Made by a program: the position numbers and the translations under genes. 64,000 nucleotides of DNA from the human T2T-CHM13v2.0 reference genome, Homo sapiens, in assembly GCF_009914755.1 (NCBI RefSeq), contig NC_060938.1, one strand, 5' to 3'. Below are positions 28,051 to 41,300 of this stretch, one piece after another. The stretch's first letter is position 1. Every line of letters begins with the position of its first letter. The notes beneath the pieces were generated by a model, which worked only from the letters and a program-made list of their open reading frames with translations, searched no databases and was not told the origin of the DNA.

Positions 28051-31000
28051 ATACTTTTAGCTTTCTTCTGCCAACGTATCTATAAGTGGAAATAGGAGCC
28101 TGGCTTATATCCCTAGCACCTTGGTCAACAGGGTTGATACCCTTCCATATTATAAGGCTTCACTACATTTTGGATGAATAAATGTAATTCCATAGCTTGA
28201 GATTGTTGAGCTTTGGAAATTTATCAGAGTGACCTTTCAATAGCAGGTGCTGTTATAAGCAGAGTCTTGTGTCCCTTGGGCCAATACCCCACTGCTTCAC
28301 ACAACTCTTTATGTTGACTCTTCTTCTGGCAGGAAGCAAGTTACTGAGCATAATACCAAGAAGTGATGTGGCCCAAAAGCTAAGGAGAGAGAGACAGTGA
28401 GAGAGAGAGAGGATGACTGAATATATGAATGGAGGAACAGGAGAGAGAAGAGGGAAAAGGCAAGAGACTTTGTATTCTTTCTCCCACAGAAACATAAGCT
28501 GTTTCCTGCAGAACCAACGTTAGTTCCCTGTCGTATCAGTGGCCTAGGAAGGCCTAGAGGGTGAATGGAGCATTAGACTGGAAGTAATAAGGTTGTGCCT
28601 GACTTACCTCAGTATTTGTAGCAGATGTTACAAATGTCATAACACGAAGCTTTGGGATCAGACTGAAAACTAAAAAATCAAGATACCAGATGTGGACGTC
28701 TTCCTTTTACCAGCAACTGCAACTGACACTGCACTATTTCAGTGGTAATCTCCACCCCCTTCCTACTGGGTGGAATCATGCCATAACTGTTTGCTTGCTG
28801 CTGAGGTCAGAGGAGGTGACAACAGTAAAGCGGCACTCATTGGAAAGGCTTTTAAGACAGTTTGCAAAATGAAAGTGTAATCATCCTTTCCCCTCTTGAG
28901 AGAGTGTACCAAATCTAACCCTTATTAAAAATTTAACTGCTCAAAAAAAATTTTAGTGTATTTGTAGGGAAGATAATTTCTACCAATGAAAAGTCAAGTA
29001 TTAAACTTTGCAAAGTTAGTGCTGTATTCACATCCCAAATTTGGTATGTTCTCTTTGTCCCTCCCTTTGAGAGCCGTTATCAGAGAGCTCACGGTGTCTT
29101 TCTGTGTACTGTGGGCTTAATTCGTGAGCGACACATGGTATCCCTGCCTGACATACATGCAGTAGGTGTTTTGTAGAGGAAAGTGTTCACTGAAAGAAGA
29201 AGAATTTAAACAACAACAGAAGCAGTTCAAAACTAGAACCTGGAGATAGTACTCAGAAAGCAGAGCACCTTCTTACGTCAAGAATGTGTTCAGGCTTGGA
29301 GCCTGGACAGGGATCTGTGCTACCCACTCTGAGTGGCCCACTGGCCTCCACTGACACACAGGCCTGCCTCGCCCAGTGGACTGGATCCTCGTCAGCTTCG
29401 CATCCCGAGTTCCCAGCAGAGTGCCTGCCTCAGCCTGAGACTCAGTACATATTTGCCACCATAGCCCTGATGCCAGAAGAAATTAGTTTCTCTCTTCTTG
29501 ATCTGTTCATGTTAGATTAAAAATCAAGACTTTCTAGCCCTCAAAGATCCTCCTATTCTATATTCTTTATTCTGAAGTCGCTTTATAACTGTCTCACTCC
29601 CCAGACTTCCCCAAATTGGGTGGTGGGGGCGGGAGGGGGCTGGTGGGTTCACCCCAGCACACTCCATATCTCTGCTGGGAATTTAAAGATAGGAATTAAT
29701 TTTGGGTATGATCTAATTTTTTACCTTTTATTTATTTTGTAAAGAAAAAGAGGAAATTCTCATTTCTTTCACTGTATAAAGGGAATTAAATAGTTAACTT
29801 TAAGCTTTACATCCAAAAGCAATCCCTGTGACATCAAGTGGTTGAACCCAATAAATACTTAGGAAAGCCTTGGATGTTTTTTCAGTTGTTAAGGACTAAA
29901 GTCCCACCCCCCAAAAAAGTACTCTCTTACAATCATTGTTCTTCTGGAATAATTAAGCAAGTAAAATTGGAATGACTGTGTACTAACTACCATTTTTTAA
30001 AATTAGTAACAGCACTTTTGGAGTCTCAGGTATGTCAGGGATGTCCTCTTCTTTTAGGCCAGTCCACTCCTCAGGACCCCTTGCATCTCTTGAGGATTTC
30101 CCTCATGTACCCTACTCTCCACGCCTCGGCCCAGGCTGTGGATCACGCCTGCATTTTCCTGAGGTTCTGTCCTCCGAGACGTTGACTGTCAGACGTTGAC
30201 CTCATTCCCTCAAGTGCTGTCACTCCAAACAGCAGCTTAACCCACTGCCTTAAGGGTTTCATTGTCAAGGGGAAGTGTGGGTTCTCTCACGAAGAATGTT
30301 AATCACCCCATATGTAGCCCGTGTGAGGGACATACAGTATTCTTATAGTAACTACCAGATTGTTGGAGAAAGGCCATTTCCTCCTTTCCCAGCTACAGAA
30401 GGAGAAATATCTGCCTAGGGATTCTCATTTCCCTCAATGGAAAAGAAAGGTGGGTAGGCGAAGTGAATCTTTAAAATGGAAACTTCGTACTAAGAGGTCC
30501 CTGTAATTTGTTGCTGACCAAATATACAAAAACATTTTCGAGACTTACTACAGTGATATTTGGTTGCCGTTTCACATTTAGAGGACTATGCCATTTTGGT
30601 GTAGAAAATGATAAACATTTTCAAAAATCATATGAATACTATTTAATTCTCAAGAAGCCGAGAAGTGCATAGTGAACACCCCCTTGACTAAACAGATCAA
30701 TTAGACATTGTATGTTTTCCCCTTAGTTCTTTAATAGTTGAAGCAATATAAATACACTTCTTTAAGAAAAGCAGACATGGTTTCTTTTTCCCAAAAGCAG
30801 TTCATTTATAAGTATTAAAATTTGCACAGTCGCCTCATCCCTAATTATTTTACCCAATGCAGTCAACCCATACTTAAATGGTGGAAGATATTTAAATATG
30901 TATTGCATCAAAAAATTTTGGATCATCGTTAAGACTTCTTAAAATTTCAATTGCATTATTGGATTAAATATTCTTTTTTGTCTAAATTGGTGATATAACA

Positions 31001-33195
31001 TGTTAGTAGGTCTGAGATATGAATTATGAAGATAGTTTTTTTGTTTTTAAAAATCCCCTAAATAGGAATTTAAAAATAAACCCAAAGTGTACTACTCCTG
31101 AATACATGAGATTTTTTTTCTGGTATTTATTTGTTATCAGATATGTGATTAATCACGTGCCCAATTAACAATGCGTGTCCCTATTTCTCTTCTACAGTCA
31201 TCATTTATCCTATATTTTAATACTAGAAACTAACCTTGATGAAAGTACACTGAAAAAGCACTGTGATTATTTGTTTTCATATATATATTTCATGTATGTG
31301 TTTTCATATATATGAAAACAATAACAGTGCGTCATGTATGTATATATACATATTGCACGAAAACTTCACATACAGTGCTTTCAACAACAGAATTTCAGTT
31401 GTCATGTTGCTATATGGGTTAAGCTGGTACCCAGTGCTATTTCAGTTTCTTCTCCAAACCTGAAAATCTCCCAGTGTCTAAGCCATGCACAGATACTGAG
31501 GCGTTTTGTATTGAAAGAATACAATTTGTGAAAACGGACCCCACAGAAGGCAGAGTGATGAGGGCCAGTTTCAGAATAAAGACACAGCCTATATTACATG
31601 CAAACTGAGAAATTTTAATTTTGATAGGGAAACAGATACACACACTCATACATACCTCATGAACTTCTGGGGCTCCTGAGAAAACCCTCCCTGACTTCTT
31701 TGGCCCTACAGTGAGGAAAGCTAATTGAGATTCTTCAAGGGAATCCCTTTCCTTTTCTTCTATGCCATGGAAAGACTCATTAAGCATTCCATATTCCATT
31801 CTTTCTCAGCCGCTGGCTTTGCTTAGCCAAAGCCCAGGAAGTCAATGTCCAGGGATTCCATTAAGCATGCCCTTTAGTGCTCCCTTCCCCCAGGCTCAGT
31901 GTGGGAACAGATCCTTGCCCCCTTAGATGGAGGATTCAGAGGGGAGCTATCAGGGGTTACCGGGCATGAAGCCTGCCTTTTTGCCAGGCGTTCCTGAGAT
32001 ACTACCTGCCGAACTTTAAGACTACATTTGCCCGTGATGCCGTACTGCCCTCCACCTTATGGGGGAGGATAAGGAAGTACCTCTGAAATGATGTTTCCTA
32101 TCCACCAGTGACTGCCTTGGCCTAATAAAACAATCCATTAGAAACCCTGCCTCACAGTGTCACAGTCCTCTTCACTTCAGAATACCTTCTTCAAGTGATC
32201 CCTCCAATAGCAAGCCCCTCTGTGGCTCTCTGCCTGTGGTCCACCTTCCCACTGTGAACCATGCTGGCAAGGAGCTGGGGTTATGAAGGGAAAGAGCAGG
32301 GCACAAGGCAAGTAGGGCTCGTGACTTTTCCCCTTTCATTATGTGTGTCCACCGAGCTGTCCTGCTTCTGTTTTGTAATGGGTTCTTCCATGGCAAGCTG
32401 ACCTTTCGGCTGAATAGGTCAAACTCCCACTGAGCGTTAATCCTCAGCCCTCCTCACGTGAGTGCCTCCCCTGAGGTGAGGAGCACTGGTTAGGAATATG
32501 ACTGGGAGGGCCTGGTGTATTCCCCAAAGAAGGGTTGCCTTTTACTGCACTGAATTAATTCTCAGAGACCACCGTGTGAGGTTATGCTGAAGGATCCAGA
32601 TTAGAACTTTCCTGCTGACATTGTGGAGGGGCAAAACTAATTCTTCAGATACATGTTTTAGACTGTGGTTCCCCTGTGTATCTTCCCCTTTTTAATGAGA
32701 GAAAGGCCAAATGCACAGTCTTAGTGATTCATCGGATCATTTTGGATTTCTGAGACAATCAGAATTTTCCTAGATGATTTTTTAAAAAACCAATAAACCC
32801 TTCTCCCTGTATTTCTCTTCCATTTAAAGTCTCTTAAAACTCTAGGTGTTTTATTTTTAACCCTTGTAAAACATGAAATAGTAGAGTTGTGGTGTGTGTT
32901 GATAATTATATACTGGACCTACTTTTGTTTTAAATGTCATAAAACATTTTTTGGACTATTTATTAAGTTTTGCAACACTAATTCCCTTATAGTAGCTAGA
33001 AATTTTCAACATCAAATAGGCATTTAGTCATGTTGAATTGAATTTTAAGTTGAATTCCTGTGGCTTGGGCTTTCTTTTTTATACTAGTTTGTATAAACTG
33101 TTCAACTCCTATAGCTCTTACGTCTCACTCTCAGTGAGCTGGTAACAGAATCTTCACAGACAAGTGGTTGCACATTCCATTTATTTAGCAATGCC

Positions 33196-33198
<3 letters not shown>

Positions 33199-33238
<40 letters not shown>

Positions 33239-33250
33239 GTGTGTGTGTGT
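33199..33250 (+). repeat. (TG)n microsatellite, about 25 units, one interruption
   Basis: Direct reading. Confidence 0.97.
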
Positions 33251-35409
33251 ATAGGTTAATTTTGTTAGTGTTCTTTAAATTTCAGAAAATAGTCTTTTAG
33301 TTGAACAAACAAATAAATGAAATATGTCAGTAGATCAGATGAAACTGTGACCCGTTCGGCAATAGTAAGTATACAGTGTGTCTGGGCTACCAGATGGTTT
33401 TAGAAACTGTCAATTTCCAAAATACAGAAATCTGAGAGAGCTTCATAAACAATGTATTGCTTTGCTGAAGATGACAGATCCCATTGAGGAAATGCCCCTT
33501 TAGTTGTTTTAGATCATTAATGATACTCTATAAACATAATAAGATTAACACGGAGAAACAAAATACCTGTGTTTGCAGTATTCTTTAGTTATCAGATTAT
33601 TGTCTCAGTTCTCAAAATGCCAAATGTGATAGGATAAGTGCAAGATAAGAAGTACATTTTTAACATCTATTCAGTTAGCATTAATGCTCAAGTTAAAGCT
33701 GGGCTCCTACCAGGGACATAATGGGCTCCTGTTTAACATATTTATGTTGGTTGTAAAATTAGGAACTGTCTTTGCAGCCCACATCACCTGCATAAGTGCA
33801 AAACATATAAATCAAGAGAAGTTCCAGTGACATAAAAATGCCATCGAATAGAATAGCATGAAACTACTTGCAAGATACTTGTATATTATGCTAGGGTGTA
33901 TGGGGGTACACACTCAGATTTCTAGGGGGTTTGGAGAACAAAGAATAACTATACAGATAGAACTCATGGATGAAGACATTTCCTCAGAGCACAGCCTGAA
34001 CCCTAGTGGAGAAACAGCGGGAAAAGAAAGGCCATCAGTAGCCAGACTTGAATAACCGCCCCACCCCCCACACCCCCACTGAAGACAACAGCGTCTATGC
34101 TTTCAGAAGGCATTTGAGCAGCTTTATGTTGTTACTGGAGCTTGCATCTTGGGCCTCCTAAGTCAGTGAACTTTTCTGTGATGTTTTAGGGTTCCTTATA
34201 ACCTGGTGGCTATTACTCCCTTGCCCCCTCATAATCCAGTTCTTTGTAGAATGATTTCTGTTATCTAAAATTAGTCCTTTTTTCTTTTTTTGGGGGAGGG
34301 GGGAGGGGACGTGCAGTGATTTATTTTGAACTTTGTAATTGGAGTCCCTGAAGTGCCCCCCCAAATTATGAGCTATTAATAAGGAGCTTTCTGAATCCTA
34401 ATTACTGTCTCAAAAACAGAGTGGACACTTGAGAAGTTTTTCAACTCCCCCGCTTCTCCCTCCCAAAAGCCACCCACCCCCATAATCTCAAAAAAAAAAA
34501 AAAAAAAAAAAAAAAGGCTGCAGATTTTATTCATGTGGGATCATTCACACCAAGCTACCATAATGTGCAATTAACACTCTAGAAACTGAAAACAGTATTC
34601 AGCAAGACAGCTGCATTATCAAAAATGCCAAAGGAGTTTTGAAGGGAGTAATGTGCATGTTAGAATAGGAAATTAATCAGAAATGTGCACACCCACATAC
34701 ACACAGTAGTACTGTCTTAAGTATATCTGAATATTAAAATTGTAAAAACCCTATGTCTATATTTATAATAAAGATTAATCTCAGCATAGTAAACTGATTT
34801 TTCTGTTTTAAGATTTTTAGTTGTGTGTTTTGCTTCTGAAGCAAATGAGGAGGCTGGAGTAGAGATCTCTAAGATCCCTTCCAGCTGGAATATTCTTTTG
34901 ATAATGATCACTCTTCAATTATATTTTATAAATTTTCCCATTGAAAAAAATGCCTCTGTTATTTTTCTCTTGTCAGTAATAATGATACTTAACACACACG
35001 CATTTTCACAGTGCCTTGCAGACATTGCAGATACAAACTCACATTTGCAGGGGTAAACTCCCTACTTTGCATAGCGCAATAATCACAAGTGCATTTATAT
35101 TATAATCCCTACTAAGCTGTGGAGCCCACTCACCAACTTAGTAACTGAAATGCAACAGAATTACCCCAGCAGCATTTCACTGGAATTTTCTTGTCAACTA
35201 GCTGAAAGTGTTTCTAGAAGTAAGAAAGTAGGGGATTTTGATTTTATTTTCAATTAGTAGTAGCTGGGCTTGAGAGAGCAGAGGTTTGTAATAAAATTTT
35301 CAAAAAAAGCAGGAAGATATGGGGAATTTACTTGTTAGAAATATAGAAAGCATCTGAATATTTTCTTTAATAAATCAGTGTAAAGCAAATGGATTTTTTA
35401 TGATGTCCT

Positions 35410-35560
35410 CACTTTTGATTTCTGTACGTCACTTCCCTCTTTTGTCTATAAATTTGTTCTGACCACGACGCATCCCTGGAGTCTCTCTGAATCTGCTGTG
35501 ATTCTGGGGGCTTCTTGATCTGTGAATAGTTCATTGCTCAATTATACTCCATTAAATTTT
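35410..35560 (+). mobile_element. ERV1 LTR 3' fragment (MER57/MER51-like)
   Basis: tttgtctataaat...ctggagtctctctgaatctgctgtgattctgggggct...gttcattgctcaatta. Confidence 0.75.
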
Positions 35561-36439
35561 TTTAAAAAAAGAAAAAATAGGCAGAAGAACAGGTTTAACA
35601 TAAATTGGAACCCCACGTAAAAAAAAAAAATCATAAACAGATGACACTCAATTCTGGATTCCACAGTTATTATTGCATTAAACCCACTTTTGTTAAGGAT
35701 TATGAGGACTCCTTGTGTGGTAGGCACCTGCAGGCAAAGCAGGTGAAGCGTGCCTGGAAGAGGACCGACTCTTAGTGAGAAAACAGGAGTGTTCGGGAAC
35801 TCCAGATAAGAAACAGTCACTGACCTGGTGAGGCACATGCTGGCCAAGGATCTACCTGGGCTTCTTGTCAGTCCTATAGGAATAGTTTCACATGAATATG
35901 CAGTAAATGTGAAATCCAGCCATCTTAGGATGCTTAACACTAGTGCAAATGATCATGAAAAAGAATGTCTTATCCAATATGTTGTGCTGATTAAATTGTG
36001 ATGAAGTTATTGCATTAGAAAATACAAAAAGTTTCCTGTTTGCTTTTTTCCTAGCCTAGAAGATGTAAGAAGTTTAGTTTTCTCTGGGGCGGGGTTGAGG
36101 GGAGATAAGGCAGTATGCAGATGCTTAAAAAAATCAATACCTTAATTTTAAGAAAAATGGTGTACTAATTTATTTTAAAGGAACCTGAACATTCATATGT
36201 TTTTATTCCAGTGTAGGGAAAGCCATCCAAAAGGAAAATTTTTAAAGTCTGAATGTATTTTTTTGATGTTTCTAGAAGTCGATATTTTAGGTTGAAAATT
36301 CAACCTAGGCTATGTTTATGCTTAGACAACTCAGAACTAAAATTAATACTGGGTGGTGGTTCAGATCTCATTGTAATACTAAATAGTCAATGATGCCATT
36401 CAAGAGAAACTAAGCTGAAGATATGAATCAGAGCTCCAA

Positions 36440-36484
36440 CTTAATTGTTCTGTTTTCTTTCTTTCTTTTTCTTTTAAGTTATAG
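36440..36484 (+). promoter_or_regulatory. Branch point, polypyrimidine tract and tandem 3' splice sites (AG 36477-78 and AG 36483-84)
   Basis: CTTAAT ... tgttttctttctttctttttcttttaag ttatag. Confidence 0.8.
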
Positions 36485-36561
36485 GTGCACAGCGAAGGAG
36501 AAGCCCCAGTGCACTAGCCATTGAAGTATTTGAAGCACATTTGGGAAGCCACATTTTGCAG
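36479..36561 (+). CDS. NPAS3: Internal coding exon of neuronal PAS domain protein 3 (canonical exon 4 by recall); linker leading into PAS-A
   Basis: Long polypyrimidine tract ending ttttaag|, donor CAG|GTACCT. Phase-1 translation (G)TT ATA GGT GCA CAG... gives [28 protein letters not shown], matching recalled NPAS3 ...[37 protein letters not shown]. 83 nt, phase 1 to phase 0. Confidence 0.96.
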
Positions 36562-37644
36562 GTACCTTTAAAACAAAAAGAAGCTTTCTTATATTTTACT
36601 AAGAAAAAACCATATGTTTAGTCTTTTTTTTAAAGAATTTTTTTTAAATGTCAGCTGTATATTTGACTGTTGTGATTTTATCTTGAAATTCCGAAATTCT
36701 TATGAGTTTATTTTTTTCTTTTTAGAAAGCCATCCTTTGAGAGAATGTTAATGAGAAAGGGAGGGCAAGTATTATTTGTGCTGAAATAATTTAGATGAAT
36801 TGCACTATTTAGTTCATGCGCCATGTGTAGTAACTGGCTGTTCCCAGAATGGTTGTGTGCGTGCTGTATTTGTAAGTGGATCTGTGTGTGTCTTTGGAGC
36901 TATATATTGTTTTTGGAAGAGCAAAGTTTTGTTGTGAAAGTACTGTGATTTTTTTTTTTGTGTGTCGCCAAATTTCAGTTCTTTGCTTGAGTTCGTATTT
37001 GTGAGTGCTTCCAATCTTAATGTTTGCCTCCCCAAATTAGAAAATTTCTCACGGGAAAATATAGTATATTTAAAAATACTAGTAAAAGGAGACAAATAAT
37101 AATTGATTTTGCCAGTGAACTTCATGAAAAATAAATGTTAAAGGTCACTAGGATGAAACTGTAGTTACCTAGCCCGAGAGAAAATTCATTGCAAACTCGT
37201 CATCTCACTTATTCAAAACTTTTTTTTACTAAGACTTTGCCATCGATTCAACACTTCTGCCTTCAACCATAGATAATTGTGCCACACTGGTCCTGCTCCC
37301 AGGATAAATGTTGCCATGGCCACTTTTTTTAATCTGTGGAAGATACACCTTTTTACATAGAATTGGAGAAGCAGACAAGTTTGGGATATGTAGGCCGCTT
37401 ACTGTATTTGGAAAAGGTAGCTATGTTTTTCTGAGATAAACTTTGGAGTAAAATAAAAGTATACTCCAGATCCCTGTTCATTCAGAGTTTATAAACAGGG
37501 CCTTTATGGTGCTTTCCTTTTCTAGGTTGTCAAAAGTAATACTACATTTAGCATATTATCTTTTAAGTATGTGCATTAGGAAACTATTATGTGATTCTGC
37601 GTTAAAAAAAAAAAAAAGAAGAAAAAATAGCTCATAGTCAAATC

Positions 37645-37833
37645 CTGGTGGTTCTCCAAAGCAGTGTCTTTACTGGCAGTTTCAGAATCACCCAACACTT
37701 GCTCATAGGATGCATTCTTGGGCCTCAACCTAGACCTACTAAATCAGAGTTTATAGGGTAAAGTCCAGGAATTTGTGGTTTTTAACAGTCTCCTGAGATA
37801 ATTTGGATGTTCCATCAGGTCTGAGATAGCACC
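37645..37833. mobile_element. MER5A (hAT-Charlie)
   Basis: gtggttctc...cagaatcacc...agacctactaaatcaga...ttttaaca. Confidence 0.8.
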
Positions 37834-38519
37834 TTTCACATTTGCAAGTTTAAAGCCCTGAGAAGTCTTACTTTACATTTTTGTTTATTCTTATTTCTTG
37901 TTTATCCATTAATATCTGTTAATATCTCATAGAACTGATGTTTCTTGAAATACACCTTGGGAGTTGCTATTCTATTGTATACATAAAATTTTGAATTACC
38001 TTTGTTACAACCTAGGATTAGTTTCGAGGACACAGAAAGGATCATATTTCTTTCTAGATCTTCAAATTGTTACTTCCTTTTCTCTTACACACATGTTGTT
38101 TGGAATCTTCATTATAGGTTTTGTATGGACCGTGACATATAAATTGTTAGACTCTGATGTGACTGAGGACTATTTCTGTTTCTATTCTGAAGCACTCAGA
38201 AATTGTTACCTAAGACTTAGTCAATGAAAAATTATTCAGAGACTAGTCCTAGATTATTATCTTCTTAATTCTTTCTGGAAATCATGACTCCAAAGGCCTA
38301 TGAGTAAGGTGTCTCAGTAATTGCAGTAATTTAAAACTAACACAAACTTAGGAGTTTGAATCAAACATAAATTCAGTATAAATATATAATGTAAAATGGC
38401 TCTCCCAAATGCTAAATCAACATTATACTTCATTGAGAGAACACAGAATCTAGAATGGGGCTGCAAGCTCGTTCCCATTTTGGATGGGTCACATTCAGAC
38501 ACCACACTATGGTTGCATC

Positions 38520-38900
38520 AGCTGTCACACCGACCTAGACAGCTGGATGCCATTTGGAGTAGAATAACCAGACTGGTGAGTAAACTAGAAATCATATTAC
38601 GTGAAGAGTGGCAAAAGGCCTGAGAAAGTTTAGTTTGGAAAACATGACTTAAAAGGGGCATCAATGCCCTCTCTATTTATTTGAAGGCCTCATTTCCAAA
38701 AAAAAAAAAAAAAAAAAAAGGATTAAACATATTCTGTGTCGCTTCAGAATATGAGAAAAAAGATAAATGGATGAAAATTTAGAATGTTTACATTATGTCC
38801 ATACAAGAAAACTCCTAAATAGGGCTGGTCACACTTGGAATAAGTTTGAAGCTGTAGACTTTCAGGAGAAATATAGATGGCTTGGTAAAGATGCTTTCAA
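38520..38900 (+). mobile_element. L3/CR1 LINE fragment
   Basis: aaccagactggtgag...tagaaatcatattacgtgaagag...tttagtttggaaaa...tatttgaagg resembles the CR1 ORF2 3' end. Confidence 0.6.
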
Positions 38901-39499
38901 GAAAGGCATCTAAGCATGATTGCACTATGTAATCTTATAATTGCCACAGAAACTAGAACTTTTGGTATAATTTGATTTTAGCACTAATGGTTATGGAGTG
39001 GAAGAACTACTACATAGTATTCTAAATTAACTACTAGAATTACAGGCAAGAAGGAATTGGGAAGTAGTAGTAACAAGAAGAGCCTCCCTTAAGCTATCTT
39101 ATTAGTTGTTTTGCCTAACTAGCAGGGAAACTTTTGAGCCCATAAGCCTATGTCTGTACCATGTTCAACAATATCGCAATGTTCAGTAAGGATGAGATGG
39201 CTTCTACGTTTTGTTTCAGAAGGGTCCATGGGAGAATCTGGTTGGTCCATAAAGACTGGAATGAATTCTGTCTTCCCTTTCCTCCTTCCTACTCTTTCTT
39301 CATTTGCAAATAGTTGATAAAAACCTGTGTGGTCAGCAAAGTAGTATAGGCATGATCTCCAACCTGACAGTTTATAGTCATTTAACACTCCCCTTCATCC
39401 CCCACAAGTTTCAAATACTTTATAAGAACACAGAAGCCACTGTATATGACTGCTATCTTTAAATAGCTTACAGTCATTCAGGGAAAGAGGAACTAGGAG

Positions 39500-40640
39500 G
39501 TTGCATGAAGTGAGAAATATCACACAGGTCAAGTACTATGGGGCCACAAAAGAACAAGGCTCTGAATTTGCCATAAAGCACCAAAGAAGACTTTTCAAAG
39601 TTGTTGATGGATGAATAGAAGTTTATTAGGCAAAGAAAAGGGAAGAATATTCCAACCAAAGGGTACATCAGACACAAAAGCATGTAAACAAGTAGTGGTA
39701 AATCTTACTTGGGGACTGTTTAGATGTTTGATATGATGGCTGCTTCACATATGCAGTGGGACATATAAGAGATGAAGGAAGAGAGATTATAGGAGCCATA
39801 TTACCAGGAGGTGTGGACTTGATTCTCCATGAAGAGTCCATGGAGAGGGCTTTTATGCAGCAGTGACAAGAGAACAGTTTGGTTTATTTCTGGAGTTATC
39901 ATCAAAATACAACGTCCAGGAAGTCTGTGAGTTGTAAGATACTGATATAAAGAGACCATTTAGGAAATTGTTACCAGAGTTCAAGAAAATGAAGATCTTT
40001 TGCAAGATAGAGGTGTGTGAATGAAGAGGCAGCTATGGAATTGAGATAGAATCATTAGCATGTGGCCCATAATTAGAGGTGAAAGGCTAGAGAATGACAG
40101 GATTTAATCATCACCACAAGTTTTCTAGTTTGGCTGCTAGCTGTCTGATTCTACTACCTGAGAGAAGTCGAGAGGGATGGTCTATTAAATAGCCAAGTTG
40201 ATATGAGGTAGGCACTTGGAAACCTAAGTCCTGTTTCTGCAGAGCAATTCTCAGGCTAGGTCTGGAATTACTGATCACTGGTGTATAGATGAATGATAGT
40301 TCAAATTAAGAATGGGTTACAGCCCTATGGAAATGATGTGGAGCAAAGAGAGGGTTAAGGAGAGCCCACTGTGGGGTATGTCATCATTTAAGAGGCCAGT
40401 AAACATGAGAAAGGAATGGACAGAAAGAAAAAGCAAGCCACAGGATTTGATTTTGGTGGAGGAAGGAATAGTAATAATGTCAAGGTAGCTAAGGATAAAT
40501 CCTTTAGTAGGGCAAATCCTGAAGAGATGTCATAGGTTTTGTGGATTGAAACAGTCGCTGTGCGGAGTAAGTGTAGAATACAGACCTAAAGAGTGATAGG
40601 AGGTAAAGGAGAAGAATCTGAGTGTTCATGGTAAAGAAAG
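39500..40640 (-). mobile_element. L2 LINE, antisense
   Basis: ggatgaatagaagtttattaggcaaagaaaagggaagaatattcca; purine-rich L2 body. Confidence 0.65.
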
Positions 40641-41079
40641 GGTGGGAAATGAGAAGTTATCATCAAGAGAAATTTGTGTTTTTCATGTAGTGAGAGTATG
40701 TTTATATGTCTGAGATTTATGGGATCAAGCATTTTGTGCATATTGGAAAAGAGATGAAAACCTAACTCTTGGCCAATTATATGCTCTTCAGCAATCTCCT
40801 TTAAAAATCAGTATCTCATGGTCATGTCTGTGCTGAGAAAGGATTGGTTTTCATTATTATTAATGGCTAAATGCCATTCTATACTATGGATGTATCATAA
40901 TTTATGTAACCATTTTCCTGCTATTGAGTATTTTGATTACATCTAAAAATGTTCATATCTAATGCATATATCAACGTGTCTATGTGTGTGTGTAAACGCA
41001 AAGAGAAGATAAAATATTGAAAAGCATATTTTCTAAAAAGAAAAGCCTAGTCTGGATGGATTTCAGCTTAAATATGATG

Positions 41080-41300
41080 AATTTTTACTGTGTACTAAGT
41101 TTCAGATACTGTGCTAAGTTCTCTTCTTATATCATCATCGAGTACCCACAATATAGACCTATGAGATAGGTGCTATGATTACGTGCATCTTAAAATTGAG
41201 TCAACTAAGATTTTAAAAACTTAAGTAACTCAAGTTCACATGTCTGTTTAGGTAACAAAGTTGAATTTGAACCCAGGATGGTAACACTAGGGTCATAGCA
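41080..41300 (-). mobile_element. MIR SINE
   Basis: cctatgagataggtgctatg...ttaagtaact...atttgaacccagg. Confidence 0.75.
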
